This document shows, piece by piece, positions 1 through 9,291 of a stretch of 64,000 nt of DNA. The number at the start of each line of letters is the position of its first letter. Positions within the stretch are counted from its first letter, which is position 1. Position numbers and translations under genes: made by a program. The DNA is taken from contig PUON01000081.1 of the NCBI GenBank assembly GCA_003552125.1, forward strand, positions 4,417 to 68,416, given 5' to 3'. The DNA is from Dehalococcoidia bacterium (GTDB taxonomy: Bacteria > Chloroflexota > Dehalococcoidia > GIF9 > AB-539-J10). The notes beneath the pieces were generated by a model, which worked only from the letters and a program-made list of their open reading frames with translations, made no database searches and had not been told where the DNA came from.

Positions 1-303
1 GATAACGCCGGCAAGCCTCACAATCCACAGCCACAGCATTGCCCGACTGTTGAGTTCATCGCCCCATTTCTGCGATGCGCGCACAGCGAACGCAAGAAAG
101 TAGATGTCGAGCCACTTATCGAACAACTGGTACTCAACCACCTCTCCAGAGTAGGAGAACACATACGCGTTGAGTCCGTAAACGATTGGTGCGTGCAACC
201 CGTCAATCGCCATACACGCCAGAAACCCCATGATATTGAAGCGGAGAATGGAGAAGGGTAGGCCGAGACGAATGAGCAGAATAATGATTGATCCCGGATC
301 CAT
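1..303 (-). CDS. integral membrane protein, N-terminal part (gene continues beyond window start)
   Basis: Reverse-complement translation from ATG (complement of 301-303) gives MDPGSIIILLIRLGLPFSILRFNIMGFLACMAIDGLHAPIVYGL..., strongly hydrophobic, with no stop before the window edge. The 18..338 track ORF is in another frame and has non-protein-like composition. Confidence 0.35.
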   Translation of the reverse strand, partial: MDPGSIIILLIRLGLPFSILRFNIMGFLACMAIDGLHAPIVYGLNAYVFSYSGEVVEYQLFDKWLDIYFLAFAVRASQKWGDELNSRAMLWLWIVRLAGVI

Positions 304-1088
304 CGGCTCATGCTAGCATCACAGCTGCACAGCAACAACTTGACCGTCTCATCGACTCAATCTCAGGGATTGTCTTGAAGGTTGGAGATTCCAGATGGCA
401 CGTCCGTTGATGATGGCTGCTTCCTGATGGTATTGAAGACTGTATCACGATGGAGCCGGCCATGTGCCGTGCAAGGAAGCACGATTGGAGCTGTCCCTGT
501 CGCGGCGCATTGCGTACTCAGGCACACACGCAACGGTTTGACTCAGCAGCATTCCTGCTGCACGTTTATCTGTACCTTGTCGCCGTGCACGTGTTACGGC
601 AACGATCGTCGCTCCGTGATCCGGAAAGGCCGCAATCGTAGCGGCAGCCGTGTCTGTGAACCTGTGCATCGTCGCCACTCTCGCAGCTAACGATGCCACA
701 CTGAACGACGAGGAACGCGCGCGTCGCGGTGACAACTGCCAGGAGAACATAGCCGTCCGACATGAGAGGCATTACAACAAGGGTAAACGCTGGGTGCGGC
801 GCTTCGCCCTGTTAGCAGTACGAGTGAGTTTCCACATTTCCAGATAAGCCGACGATCTCATCGGCAGCGTTCTGTGGTGTGTATATTGTTAGCGGGGCAG
901 GTTCGCAGCGGCATGACTCGCGCACACGATACCGAAATGGATGCTCTACCCGCCCGCGGGTTATGGGTGGGTTGACGTCACAGTCGCGTGCCACGAGGTG
1001 TAGTGCAAAGAACGGTCTCGCGGGCATGCGAGAAGGCACTGTTCGCGTGGATTCATTGGTTGGCCCCGGCGGTGCTACAATTACGAGT

Positions 1089-1755
1089 CATGAATAAGGA
1101 CTATTATCACGCGCTGGGACTGGAACGTTCGGCTTCGGACGCCGATATCAAGAAGGCCTATCGCCGTCTTGCGATGAAGTATCACCCGGACAGAAACCCG
1201 GGAAAAGAGAAGGAGGCGACCGAGCGTTTCAAAGAAATCAATGAGGCCTACGGTGTGCTCGGCGACCCGGAGAAGCGCAAGCAGTACGACCAATACGGCA
1301 TGGTGGGCGATCCCGGAGACATATTCGGCAGCAGCACCACCCGAGCTGGCTTCGAGAACGTCATGCGCGACTTCGGCGGCCTGGGATTAGGATTCGATTT
1401 CCTTGACAACATATTCGGCGAGACATTGCGCGGCAGGGGCTACCGAGTATCCTTCGGTAACATGGGTAAGCCGGGTGGCACACAGCGGAAAGGTGCTCGC
1501 GGCTTCTCGATGGAAGACCTCTTTGGCGGAGCCCAAACCCAACAGCAGCAACCCATGACGGTGACGTACGAACTCGCCATAACAAAGGATGAAGCTGAGA
1601 AGGGCGCTAAGAAGCGGCTTACACGGAAGGGCCGGCGCCTGGAGGTCAAGGTTCCGCCGGGAGTTCAGACTGGCAGTATCGTTCGTCTACCGAATGCCTG
1701 TACCATCACGGATGGCTGCCAGGGAGACATACTGATTCGAATCAAGGTTAAGTAG
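1089..1755 (+). CDS. J-domain protein (short DnaJ-like co-chaperone, no zinc-finger domain)
   Basis: N-terminus [70 protein letters not shown] is a canonical J domain with an HPD motif, followed by a Gly/Phe-rich segment. Start is placed at the first ATG after the ORF-free region; the track ORF begins at 988. Confidence 0.8.
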
Positions 1756-1758
1756 GCA

Positions 1759-2742
1759 GTGCCCGCGAACTTACCACCACGCTACAAAGCAGCAGAGGAG
1801 CGTTTCAGAGCGGCGAAGGATGTCGATGACAAGATAGCCGCATTACAGGAGATGCTCGCCGTAATGCCCCGCCACAAGGGCACGGACAAGCTGCATGCCG
1901 GCCTTCGAGCAAAGATTGCCAAGCTGACACAGGAATCTGAACGAAAGGCCGCGACCGCCCGCCGCGCCGGCTTCTCAGTGCGCCGCGAAGGGGCAGGCCA
2001 GATCGTTCTCGCAGGGGCGCCAAACACGGGAAAATCGCAAATCATCAATGCGCTTACCAGTGCCACTCCCGAAGTTGCAATGTACCCTTATACCACACAG
2101 AACGTGACCCCGGGGATGATGCGATTCCAGGATATCCAGATACAGCTTGTCGACACCCCACCTCTGGGACAACGTGGTGTGCGACCACTCGTATCCACGA
2201 TTTTCCGCGCAGCGGACATCATAGCCATTGTGGCCGACCTGAGTGGCGATCCTGCATTGGAAGTCGAATGGGCCCTGACAGAACTTGCTGAATGCAGGGT
2301 AACTCCGCGTTCGATGCCTGTAGATGACACATTGACGGGTGGCATATATCCGAAGGATATGGTGATCATCGCCAATAAAAGCGATGCACCGGGTGCATTT
2401 CGCAATCTCAACGTGTTGCGACTCAAGTACGAGGCTTTCTTTCCCATTATACCTCTCTCCGCAACGGAAGGAGAGGGCCTCGAGGAACTCCCTTCCAGAC
2501 TCTTCGAAGCGCTGGACATTATCCGTGTGTACACCAAAGCGCCTGGCCAGAAGGCTGATATGGAAGAGCCGGTGATCCTGCCGAGACACTCTACGGTGGG
2601 CGAGGCTGCAGAGGAGATACACAAGGACTTCAAGAAGGGCATGAAGTACGCGGTCGTCTGGGGCTCCGGAAAGTACGACGCACAGACCGTCAGCAAGACA
2701 CACGTTCTGCAAGACCAGGACATAGTCGAGTTCCACGTGTAG
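1759..2742 (+). CDS. DRG-family (developmentally regulated GTP-binding protein-like) OBG-class GTPase with C-terminal TGS domain
   Basis: N-terminal helix HAGLRAKIAKL matches the DRG HLGLLKAKLAK motif. The G domain shows GAPNTGKSQIINALT, DTPPL and ANKSD motifs. The C-terminus YAVVWGSGKYDAQTVSKTHVLQDQDIVEF is TGS-like. Starts 3 nt after the J-domain gene stop (GTG start). Confidence 0.75.
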   Translation: MPANLPPRYKAAEERFRAAKDVDDKIAALQEMLAVMPRHKGTDKLHAGLRAKIAKLTQESERKAATARRAGFSVRREGAGQIVLAGAPNTGKSQIINALTSATPEVAMYPYTTQNVTPGMMRFQDIQIQLVDTPPLGQRGVRPLVSTIFRAADIIAIVADLSGDPALEVEWALTELAECRVTPRSMPVDDTLTGGIYPKDMVIIANKSDAPGAFRNLNVLRLKYEAFFPIIPLSATEGEGLEELPSRLFEALDIIRVYTKAPGQKADMEEPVILPRHSTVGEAAEEIHKDFKKGMKYAVVWGSGKYDAQTVSKTHVLQDQDIVEFHV

Positions 2743-3088
2743 GTGCGCCAACGCTTGCTTTGGCAACCGCCTAATTGACGCCTGATAGAAATCTACGGCA
2801 GCAAATCTACGGCAACATCTCCGGCCAAGTACAACGATGCACGTTCCTCTTGCACAACATATCGGCACGCTGACGGACTCAGTATCGGCAACCCGGTTGG
2901 GACAGAACATGCCGACACCCTCGAACGAATGGCCCAAACCTGTTGAAAACAACGCGACCATTCTCTATACTTGCGCTCGGTGGTTGCCAGCGTAGGTTAT
3001 CAAGTCTTCCGTAGTATCTATGGCATGTCCCGAGGGTGCACTGGATGACCGAAACCTGGACCAAATCTCAACGAAAGGAGGTCATCCG

Positions 3089-3382
3089 GTGAGTTTCGCA
3101 GACAAGACCCTTCAGTGCGTTGATTGTGGTGCGGACTTCGTGTTCACCGCAGAGGAGCAGGAATTCTTCGACTCCAAGGGATACACGAACGAGCCCAAGC
3201 GCTGCCTCACGTGTCGTCGAACCCGCAGGTCGCAGAAGCCCGACGGCGATGGATTCCAGGGTCGACAGATGTACAGCGCCCTGTGTGCTCAGTGTGGCAA
3301 GGACTGTGAAGTTCCCTTCGAGCCACGCGATGGTCGACCGGTGTACTGCAGCGACTGCTTCGGACGACTCCGCAGCAGATAG
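3089..3382 (+). CDS. duplicated CxxC zinc-ribbon protein (zf-trcl-like probable zinc-binding domain)
   Basis: GTG start 7 nt after AAAGGAGG. First copy is QCVDCGADFVFTAEEQEFFDSKGYTNEPKRCLTCRR and second copy is LCAQCGKDCEVPFEPRDGRPVYCSDCF. Family name is from memory. Confidence 0.65.
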   Translation: MSFADKTLQCVDCGADFVFTAEEQEFFDSKGYTNEPKRCLTCRRTRRSQKPDGDGFQGRQMYSALCAQCGKDCEVPFEPRDGRPVYCSDCFGRLRSR

Positions 3383-3422
3383 TGTCGAAACGGCCTCACA
3401 GCTGGCACCGAAAGCAGGACTA

Positions 3423-3456
3423 AGAAGAGGGGGCCCCTTCAAGGGGCCCCTTCTTG
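3423..3456. terminator. bidirectional GC-rich hairpin terminator between convergent genes
   Basis: Perfect palindrome aagagggggcccctt-caa-aaggggccccttctt between the + gene ending at 3382 and the - gene ending at 3475. Confidence 0.6.
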
Positions 3457-3474
3457 TGCTACATTCGCTCGTGG

Positions 3475-4377
3475 CTATTCGGATGCCACGATGTTCTTGA
3501 TCATTGCACGGGTGATTACGAACAACAGGTCCCGAGTGATAAATGGGAGACCGATCATGGGCAACGCCTCGGTGGTCACCTGTTCAGCCACCGCATCGAG
3601 ATTCTCTGAATCACGGTAACGCTCCAGGACGAGGGACCGAAAGGCAACGGAGCGCTGGAGCGCCAGTTGCAGGAATTCCGGTGCCTGGTCACCCAGCAGT
3701 ACCCCATAATGATCCAAACCGAGAATGTCCACATCGAATGTGTTCAATCGACTCAACGACGCAAGGTACGCGTCAAAATCGAATTGCGCTGACGGATATG
3801 ACAGCTCTCTCCAATCGCGAACCGGATGAGGTGTAGTGTCGGTGGGGAACAGCGCTCTGAGCGCAGGAATGTACGTCGCCAGACAACACCTACTGTGACC
3901 TGGCATCTCATAGAACTCAGCCCTGATACCCCGGCCAAGATCAATTGCCTCGCCGTCCCGAATGATGTCGTCGACCATCAACCCGTCGGCACAATCGCAA
4001 AGATGCAGACACCGGTCCCAAGCGCCCTGCTGCTGCGACATGGCGTCATTCATTCGGGCGTTGTAGTCGAGGACCTTCTGCTTGGAAAGCACCTCGGCTG
4101 CAGCAGCAGAACCCACAACCCTAAGCCCAGGAAAGCGCGAACGGAAGTATGGCAAAGCGCCGCAGTGATCGAAGTGCGAATGGGTGAGCACGAGGTACTT
4201 CACAGTGGATACATCGAGCTCCAGCTTATCCAACTGCTCATCCAGGAATGGAGTGGCGTGACTCATGCCTCCACCAACAATCATTGAATCGTTGCCACGC
4301 ACGAGGTAGAAGCAGAGCTGATGGGTACCCAGGAAGTGGATATTCTCGTTGATCCGGCCTGGCTTCTGCATCCACAC
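3475..4377 (-). CDS. MBL-fold metallo-hydrolase
   Basis: HxHxDH motif (LTHSHFDHCG) and further His/Asp ligands. Start is set at the GTG (VWMQKPG...) 8 nt after AAGGAGG; the track ORF extends to 4485. Confidence 0.7.
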   Translation of the reverse strand: MWMQKPGRINENIHFLGTHQLCFYLVRGNDSMIVGGGMSHATPFLDEQLDKLELDVSTVKYLVLTHSHFDHCGALPYFRSRFPGLRVVGSAAAAEVLSKQKVLDYNARMNDAMSQQQGAWDRCLHLCDCADGLMVDDIIRDGEAIDLGRGIRAEFYEMPGHSRCCLATYIPALRALFPTDTTPHPVRDWRELSYPSAQFDFDAYLASLSRLNTFDVDILGLDHYGVLLGDQAPEFLQLALQRSVAFRSLVLERYRDSENLDAVAEQVTTEALPMIGLPFITRDLLFVITRAMIKNIVASE

Positions 4378-4544
4378 GGTTGGAACCTCCTTATCCTGTT
4401 CACGGAATGCAAACGCCCGACATTCTAACATGGCCCGACACCCCAGTTTCGTACGGAATTCCCGCCTGCGGTACAAACCGTCCAACCATAGGAATTGTCT
4501 GTGTATAATGTGTGCAGCACAGATCGACTGGGGCGTACGATTGG

Positions 4545-5729
4545 ATGGTAACCAAAAAGCTGCTTTCTCGCCTTTTCGATGCTGCGTATATGCAGCGCTG
4601 GAACGACCAGATCCGTCCGGTCGAACTCACCGAGTTGGATAAGCAGGCACACAAGATGGTGGTTGCCTTCGTCCTCGGGAAGTACGAAGAGCGATCAGCC
4701 GATTGGAACTGGGCAGCGCTTATCGAATCCGGCCTGTTCGAGTACCTGCAGCGCCTTGTCCTCACCGATCTCAAGCCACAGGTCTTCTACAAGATCAAAG
4801 AAGATCCCATTCGCTATCGAGAGCTTAATGAGTGGGTGTATTCGGAGTTGGAAGAGCTTATTGGACCTCTGGGCGAATCGTTCTGCACTCGTTTCAGGGA
4901 ATACCTCGCAACTACCGATGAACCGGTGCATCAGCGAGTAGCGAAGGCGGCTCATTTCTTCGCGACGAAGTGGGAATTCGACATCATCAGGCGAGCCAAT
5001 CCGCTCGGGTACGAGATGGAACGAATCAGCACCAGGCTTGGCCATCAGCAGGAACAGTACTACGACCTCGTCGGACTGCGAAACCTCGAACTTTACCCCA
5101 AACTGCGAAGCTTCGTCGACCTGTGCGGACTGCTCCGATTTCAGTTACGATGGAGTCACGTGCACCGCATTCCCAAGACTTCGGTTCTTGGCCACATGCT
5201 CATCGTAGCGATGATCTCCTACCTCTTCTCCATTCAGATTGGTGCGTGCGAACAGCGGAGAGTGAACAACTATTTCACCGGGCTGTTCCATGATCTGCCC
5301 GAGGCACTGACACGCGACATCATCTCCCCGGTGAAACACTCGATAAAGGGCCTGAGCGCATTGATTAAGAGTTACGAGCGCGAGGAGATGCAGGAGAAAG
5401 TGTATCCCCTTCTTCCGGAGACATGGCATGCCCAGTTACAACTCTACACCGAGGACGAGTTCCGAAGCGTAGTGTACTCGGAAGGGCAACGCATCTACTG
5501 CAGTAGCGACGTCATCACGGAGCAATTCAACGAAGATATCTACAATCCACGGGACGGAGAAATGATCAAGGCAATCGATGACCTCGCAGCGTACATGGAG
5601 GCACAACTGGCACGAGAAAACGGAATTGGGGCCCCCGAGTTAGCCAAGGCCCGCCAAGCTATCAGAGGGCGATACGCAAGTGCCAGCATTGCCGGGATAG
5701 ACTTCGGGCAGTTGTATGCTGCGCTCTGA
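4545..5729 (+). CDS. HD-domain phosphohydrolase (YfbR-like nucleotidase family, long form)
   Basis: HD motif at GLFHDLPEALTRDIISPVKH plus upstream conserved His (LGHMLIV). Start is uncertain; 4512 is the alternative. Confidence 0.6.
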   Translation: MVTKKLLSRLFDAAYMQRWNDQIRPVELTELDKQAHKMVVAFVLGKYEERSADWNWAALIESGLFEYLQRLVLTDLKPQVFYKIKEDPIRYRELNEWVYSELEELIGPLGESFCTRFREYLATTDEPVHQRVAKAAHFFATKWEFDIIRRANPLGYEMERISTRLGHQQEQYYDLVGLRNLELYPKLRSFVDLCGLLRFQLRWSHVHRIPKTSVLGHMLIVAMISYLFSIQIGACEQRRVNNYFTGLFHDLPEALTRDIISPVKHSIKGLSALIKSYEREEMQEKVYPLLPETWHAQLQLYTEDEFRSVVYSEGQRIYCSSDVITEQFNEDIYNPRDGEMIKAIDDLAAYMEAQLARENGIGAPELAKARQAIRGRYASASIAGIDFGQLYAAL

Positions 5730-5778
5730 GTGTCGAGGCGTCCATCGCATCTGACTGGCAGGTGATGGGTGTGAGGAG

Positions 5779-6027
5779 ATGAAAGCACAGTATCACCCCA
5801 ACGGCACAGACACAGAGGAAGTGGATGTCCTCGATATCTACATCGATGACGAGGGGCAACCAAGGATGATGTTCGTGCGGGCTGACGGGCGCATCGAAAC
5901 GGCCCCGATAGGGCGCTTCACCGAGCTTCGCAATGGCACCCCACCTGTGAAGCAGCAGTATCGGCTGCGCATACTTGGTGATGGCAAGCCAAACAAACTA
6001 CCTCGCAATCCTGAAGAACGAGCATAG
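5779..6027 (+). CDS. hypothetical small protein (82 aa)
   Basis: ORF preceded by GGAG, in a clean intergenic position. No recognisable motif. Confidence 0.4.
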   Translation: MKAQYHPNGTDTEEVDVLDIYIDDEGQPRMMFVRADGRIETAPIGRFTELRNGTPPVKQQYRLRILGDGKPNKLPRNPEERA

Positions 6028-6124
6028 TATCTGCACGCCAGGATGCGTACCGATATAATGCAAGTGCGCGGCCGTTTACGCGAATACGGTCATCAGCAGC
6101 ATATGCGTGAGGAGGGCCCAGCCC

Positions 6125-6994
6125 ATGCTTACTACCGTAATAGGAAGCTACCCGCTGAAATACAGTGAACACGGCCCGGACGCTGTCCGCATGGCCGTCG
6201 AGGACCAGCTGTATGCGGGCATCGACCTGGTTACTGACGGACAGACACGCTACGACATGGTCGAGTACTTCGCGCGCGCAATCGACGGATACAGCTATGA
6301 AGGTAAGAGCATCATTACTGGCCAGATCGGGCGTGGCCGGCCGGATGAGTTTCTTGAGGATCTATCCATCGCAAGATCTCTTGCCCCAAGGGTAAAAGGA
6401 CTCATTACCGGACCGGTAACCATGATCTTTTCATCGCGCATTAAGGCGAACTACGCAGGCTACAGGGACGAGTCAGTATACGTCGACACTGCGAACTCAC
6501 TGCTGGAGATTGCGCGTGCCCTCGAGGCTGAAGGCGCGGAGTGGATACAGATCGACGAACCTTACCTCTCAGTTGGGGCTCCTATGGCGATTGCGCGCAG
6601 GGCGGTCGAGCACATTGCCACGGGCCTGAGTGTTCCAGTCGCAATGCACGTGTGCGGCACGATCGGCCCGATCCTGCCGGAGCTCCTGGAATGGAAGGGC
6701 CTGTCTCTTCTTTCACACGCATTCATGGGCGACCGGAACGACGCTGTGCTCCAGTCGGATGCCCTGAAGCAGAGCGACAAGATGCTCGGGCTTGGCTGCA
6801 TCGACACCAAGACTACGGACATCGAAGCTGAGGATGCCGTTATCGAATTGATCAGGCGTGGCCTGAAACTACTGCCTCAGGAACGCATCGTGATTCACCC
6901 GGACTGCGGCTTGCGGATTCTGCCCCGTGACATCGTGCAATCGAAACTCAAAGTGATGGTTTCGGCCGCGCGACAGATCACGGCAAACAGTTGA
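6125..6994 (+). CDS. cobalamin-independent methionine synthase (MetE) C-terminal-domain-like methyltransferase, archaeal-type short form
   Basis: MLTTVIGSYP...DLVTDGQ...IQIDEP...HVCG...HPDCGL matches the Zn-binding and substrate motifs of the MetE C-terminal/UroD-like fold. GAGGAGG lies upstream of the 6125 ATG. Confidence 0.7.
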   Translation: MLTTVIGSYPLKYSEHGPDAVRMAVEDQLYAGIDLVTDGQTRYDMVEYFARAIDGYSYEGKSIITGQIGRGRPDEFLEDLSIARSLAPRVKGLITGPVTMIFSSRIKANYAGYRDESVYVDTANSLLEIARALEAEGAEWIQIDEPYLSVGAPMAIARRAVEHIATGLSVPVAMHVCGTIGPILPELLEWKGLSLLSHAFMGDRNDAVLQSDALKQSDKMLGLGCIDTKTTDIEAEDAVIELIRRGLKLLPQERIVIHPDCGLRILPRDIVQSKLKVMVSAARQITANS

Positions 6995-7111
6995 GGGAAA
7001 CTCCACTCGTTACTGCAAACTGCTCGATAGCGCGCCGAAGAGTACGTCATGCTTCCGGCGTGGCCGAGACTGACGCAAGAGGACCGCGTTCGGCGCGAAA
7101 CCCCACAGCAC

Positions 7112-7513
7112 TCATGAGGTTCTGTCAAGCACCTCACGCAGCTTCGCCTCATATTCCGGCCGCGCCGGACTGAAGATGTCGACAATGTGGCAATCTACAT
7201 CGAGCATCTGCGCGCCATGCTCGCGCCCGGCAGGATAGCAGATCAGATCTCCCGGCTTCATACGAAACAGCTTGCCGTCGAGGATCGCATCCAGCTCCCC
7301 GGACAACAGAAGCATGATCTGCTCAATGCCATCATGTGTATGCACAGGGAACAGGGATCCCGCCGCGAGATGGGCGATGCTGAGTGTCATGTTGGTACCA
7401 GCGACAATGTGACTCATCGCACCGGGAGCCAACTGTACCTGGGGAATCGCCGCGTAGCTGATAATGGTAGATTCCTGTTCTTCCTTTGTGGCCCGTTCAA
7501 ACTGATGGCTCAA
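7112..7513 (-). CDS. cupin domain protein
   Basis: Cupin motifs GSLFPVHTHDGIEQIMLLLSGE and PAGREHGAQ. TTG start follows AAGGGAGGGG; the track ORF extends to 7618. Confidence 0.6.
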   Translation of the reverse strand: MSHQFERATKEEQESTIISYAAIPQVQLAPGAMSHIVAGTNMTLSIAHLAAGSLFPVHTHDGIEQIMLLLSGELDAILDGKLFRMKPGDLICYPAGREHGAQMLDVDCHIVDIFSPARPEYEAKLREVLDRTS

Positions 7514-7748
7514 TGAACCCCTCCCTTTCGGCGTCGCACATACGGCGATACGCCACGGTAACTCGAGCAAAGATGATACCATGCCAGGATCGCCGACACG
7601 CGTCCATGGTAGAGACACCGAGTGTCGATACTATTCACACACATCTGAACGTCTCTTCTCCAGTCGCATTCTGTTAGAATTGGGCCACAAAAGTATTGAG
7701 AATTGCGTGGCGGCGGACTTGGATTGGGTCGCGCTATCAGTCAGACAC

Positions 7749-7830
7749 GGGGAAGTGTCGGAATTGGCAGACGAGCATGACTTAGGATCATGTGCCGCAA
7801 GGCGTGCGGGTTCGAGTCCCGCCTTCCCCA
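7749..7830 (+). tRNA. tRNA-Leu (anticodon TAG), type II with long variable arm; CCA not encoded
   Basis: Cloverleaf built by hand: acceptor GGGGAAG/CTTCCCC; 3-bp D stem; anticodon stem CATGA/TCATG with loop CTTAGGA; 13-nt variable arm; T arm GCGGG-TTCGAGT-CCCGC; discriminator A. Confidence 0.85.
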
Positions 7831-8049
7831 TAGGGCAAACTGGACGTCCCCTCGCCTATGCGGGGTGAGAGGCTCACAACGCGATTGCTGCCACGAAATC
7901 GGATACATCGTTGACACAATGAGGCCGGGTTCTGCACGCTGCACAGAATCAGAACCCGACAAATGGGCGACAGGTTGCACAGGCACGACGCTACTTGGCG
8001 TCGCTGAGACTTGACTTAACGTTAACTACTCCGAGGAGCCAGATCAGAA

Positions 8050-9291
8050 ATGCGAAACGGACGAAGAGTCGTGATCACGGGAGTTGGAGCACTCACGCCT
8101 CTTGGCATAGGGGTGAAAGACTCCTGGAATTGCCTTTGCGAGGGACGATCAGGCATCACGCCAATAACCCGTTTCGACGCATCAGGAATGGCCACACAAA
8201 TCGCGGGAGAGGTCAAAGGCTTCCATGCTACGGAGTTCATGCAGAACAAGGTCGCGCGGCGTTCAGACCTATTCGCTCAATATGCCATTGCAGCGACTGG
8301 AATGGCGCTGGAGGATTCGGGCCTCCGGATAGCGGGAGAGCTTTCCGAGCGCACCGGTGTGATATTGGGAAGCGTGGTGGGCGGCATCAGCACGCTCTGC
8401 TATAACATGCGTTCGCCAAGTGAGGGCAACATCGAGGGTGTCTCCAAGATGCTCGCATCGATGTATATGCCAAGTGCAGGGGCCAACGACATCAGCGTCG
8501 TCTTCGGAATTAAAGGCCCCAGTCGAGGTCTGAGCACAGCGTGCGCCACCGGAGGGCACTGTATCGGTGACGCAGTACGATTCATCCAGTACGGAGATGC
8601 GGATGTCATGATTGCGGGTGCATCAGAGGCGCAGATAGTCCCCATATTCATCGACAGCATTTCAAAGCTGCATGCGTCCTCAACCCGTAACGATGATCCG
8701 GAACGCGCCAGCCGACCGTTCGAGAAACACCGTGACGGCCTCGTGAACGGGGAAGGTGCGGGCGTACTCGTACTTGAATACCTTGAACATGCTCTTGCGC
8801 GCGGGGCACACATCTACGCCGAGATAGCGGGATTCGCGTCGAATATCGACGCGTACCATGCAGTTAAGCCGGAGTTTCAAAGCCAGGCCCGATGTATTAC
8901 TTTGGCCTTGCAGGATGGGCGTGTGGACTCGACAGAGGTACAGTACGTCAACGCGCACGGCACCGCAACCATACTGGGAGACCTGTCCGAGACAAGGGCA
9001 CTGAAGCTCGCTTTTGGAGACTCGGCGCGCCACCTCCTGGTGAGCTCCAACAAGTCCATGCTCGGGCACATGTGGAGTGCTTCGGGCGCCGTGCAGGCAA
9101 TCTTCACGGCCCTTACCCTTCAGAACGGAATCGTACCCCCCACGATCAACTACGAGACACCGGATCCGGACTGCGACCTTGACTATGTCCCTAACGTCAA
9201 GCGTAAGGTGGATGTGAGCGTCGCAATCTCCGAGTCATTCGGCTTCGGAGGGATGAATTCCGTGCTTGTGCTCAAACGTTTCGGCGGTTGA
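8050..9291 (+). CDS. fabF: beta-ketoacyl-ACP synthase II
   Basis: Full-length KAS II signature: active-site Cys (GPSRGLSTACATGGHC), His-His (NAHGTAT...LGHMWSASG) and C-terminal GFGGMNSVLVLKR. GAGGAG lies upstream. Confidence 0.9.
   Translation: MRNGRRVVITGVGALTPLGIGVKDSWNCLCEGRSGITPITRFDASGMATQIAGEVKGFHATEFMQNKVARRSDLFAQYAIAATGMALEDSGLRIAGELSERTGVILGSVVGGISTLCYNMRSPSEGNIEGVSKMLASMYMPSAGANDISVVFGIKGPSRGLSTACATGGHCIGDAVRFIQYGDADVMIAGASEAQIVPIFIDSISKLHASSTRNDDPERASRPFEKHRDGLVNGEGAGVLVLEYLEHALARGAHIYAEIAGFASNIDAYHAVKPEFQSQARCITLALQDGRVDSTEVQYVNAHGTATILGDLSETRALKLAFGDSARHLLVSSNKSMLGHMWSASGAVQAIFTALTLQNGIVPPTINYETPDPDCDLDYVPNVKRKVDVSVAISESFGFGGMNSVLVLKRFGG

Noticed and set aside
18-338. Track ORF 18..338 (-) as a gene
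   Set aside because: Cys/Ser/Arg-rich, non-protein-like translation. A different frame on the same strand (1..303) gives a coherent hydrophobic membrane protein, so I annotated that instead.
382-1097. Six overlapping 60-100 aa track ORFs in the 304..1088 region
   Set aside because: Mutually overlapping in several frames, with biased nonsense composition (R/C/S/A rich) typical of GC-rich non-coding DNA. None has an RBS.
1975-2961. Long antisense track ORFs opposite real genes (e.g. 1975..2961 -, 2088..2723 -, 11431..12411 +, 15292..15843 +, 18686..19723 +, 29452..30174 +, 31115..31738 +, 35982..36749 -, 43956..44426 +, 44903..45382 +, 49044..49814 +, 51949..52524 -)
   Set aside because: Each lies entirely within a confidently identified gene on the other strand (DRG GTPase, proV, abfD, ymdB/rny, secA, prs, dnaK, EF-G2, pyrG, GltB-like). 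Such long antisense ORFs are expected in high-GC DNA.
6028-6124. SAM/methionine riboswitch upstream of the MetE-like gene
   Set aside because: The leader is only about 95 nt. It contains a TATAAT box and a short hairpin, which is too short and lacks the conserved cores of SAM-I/II or cobalamin riboswitches.
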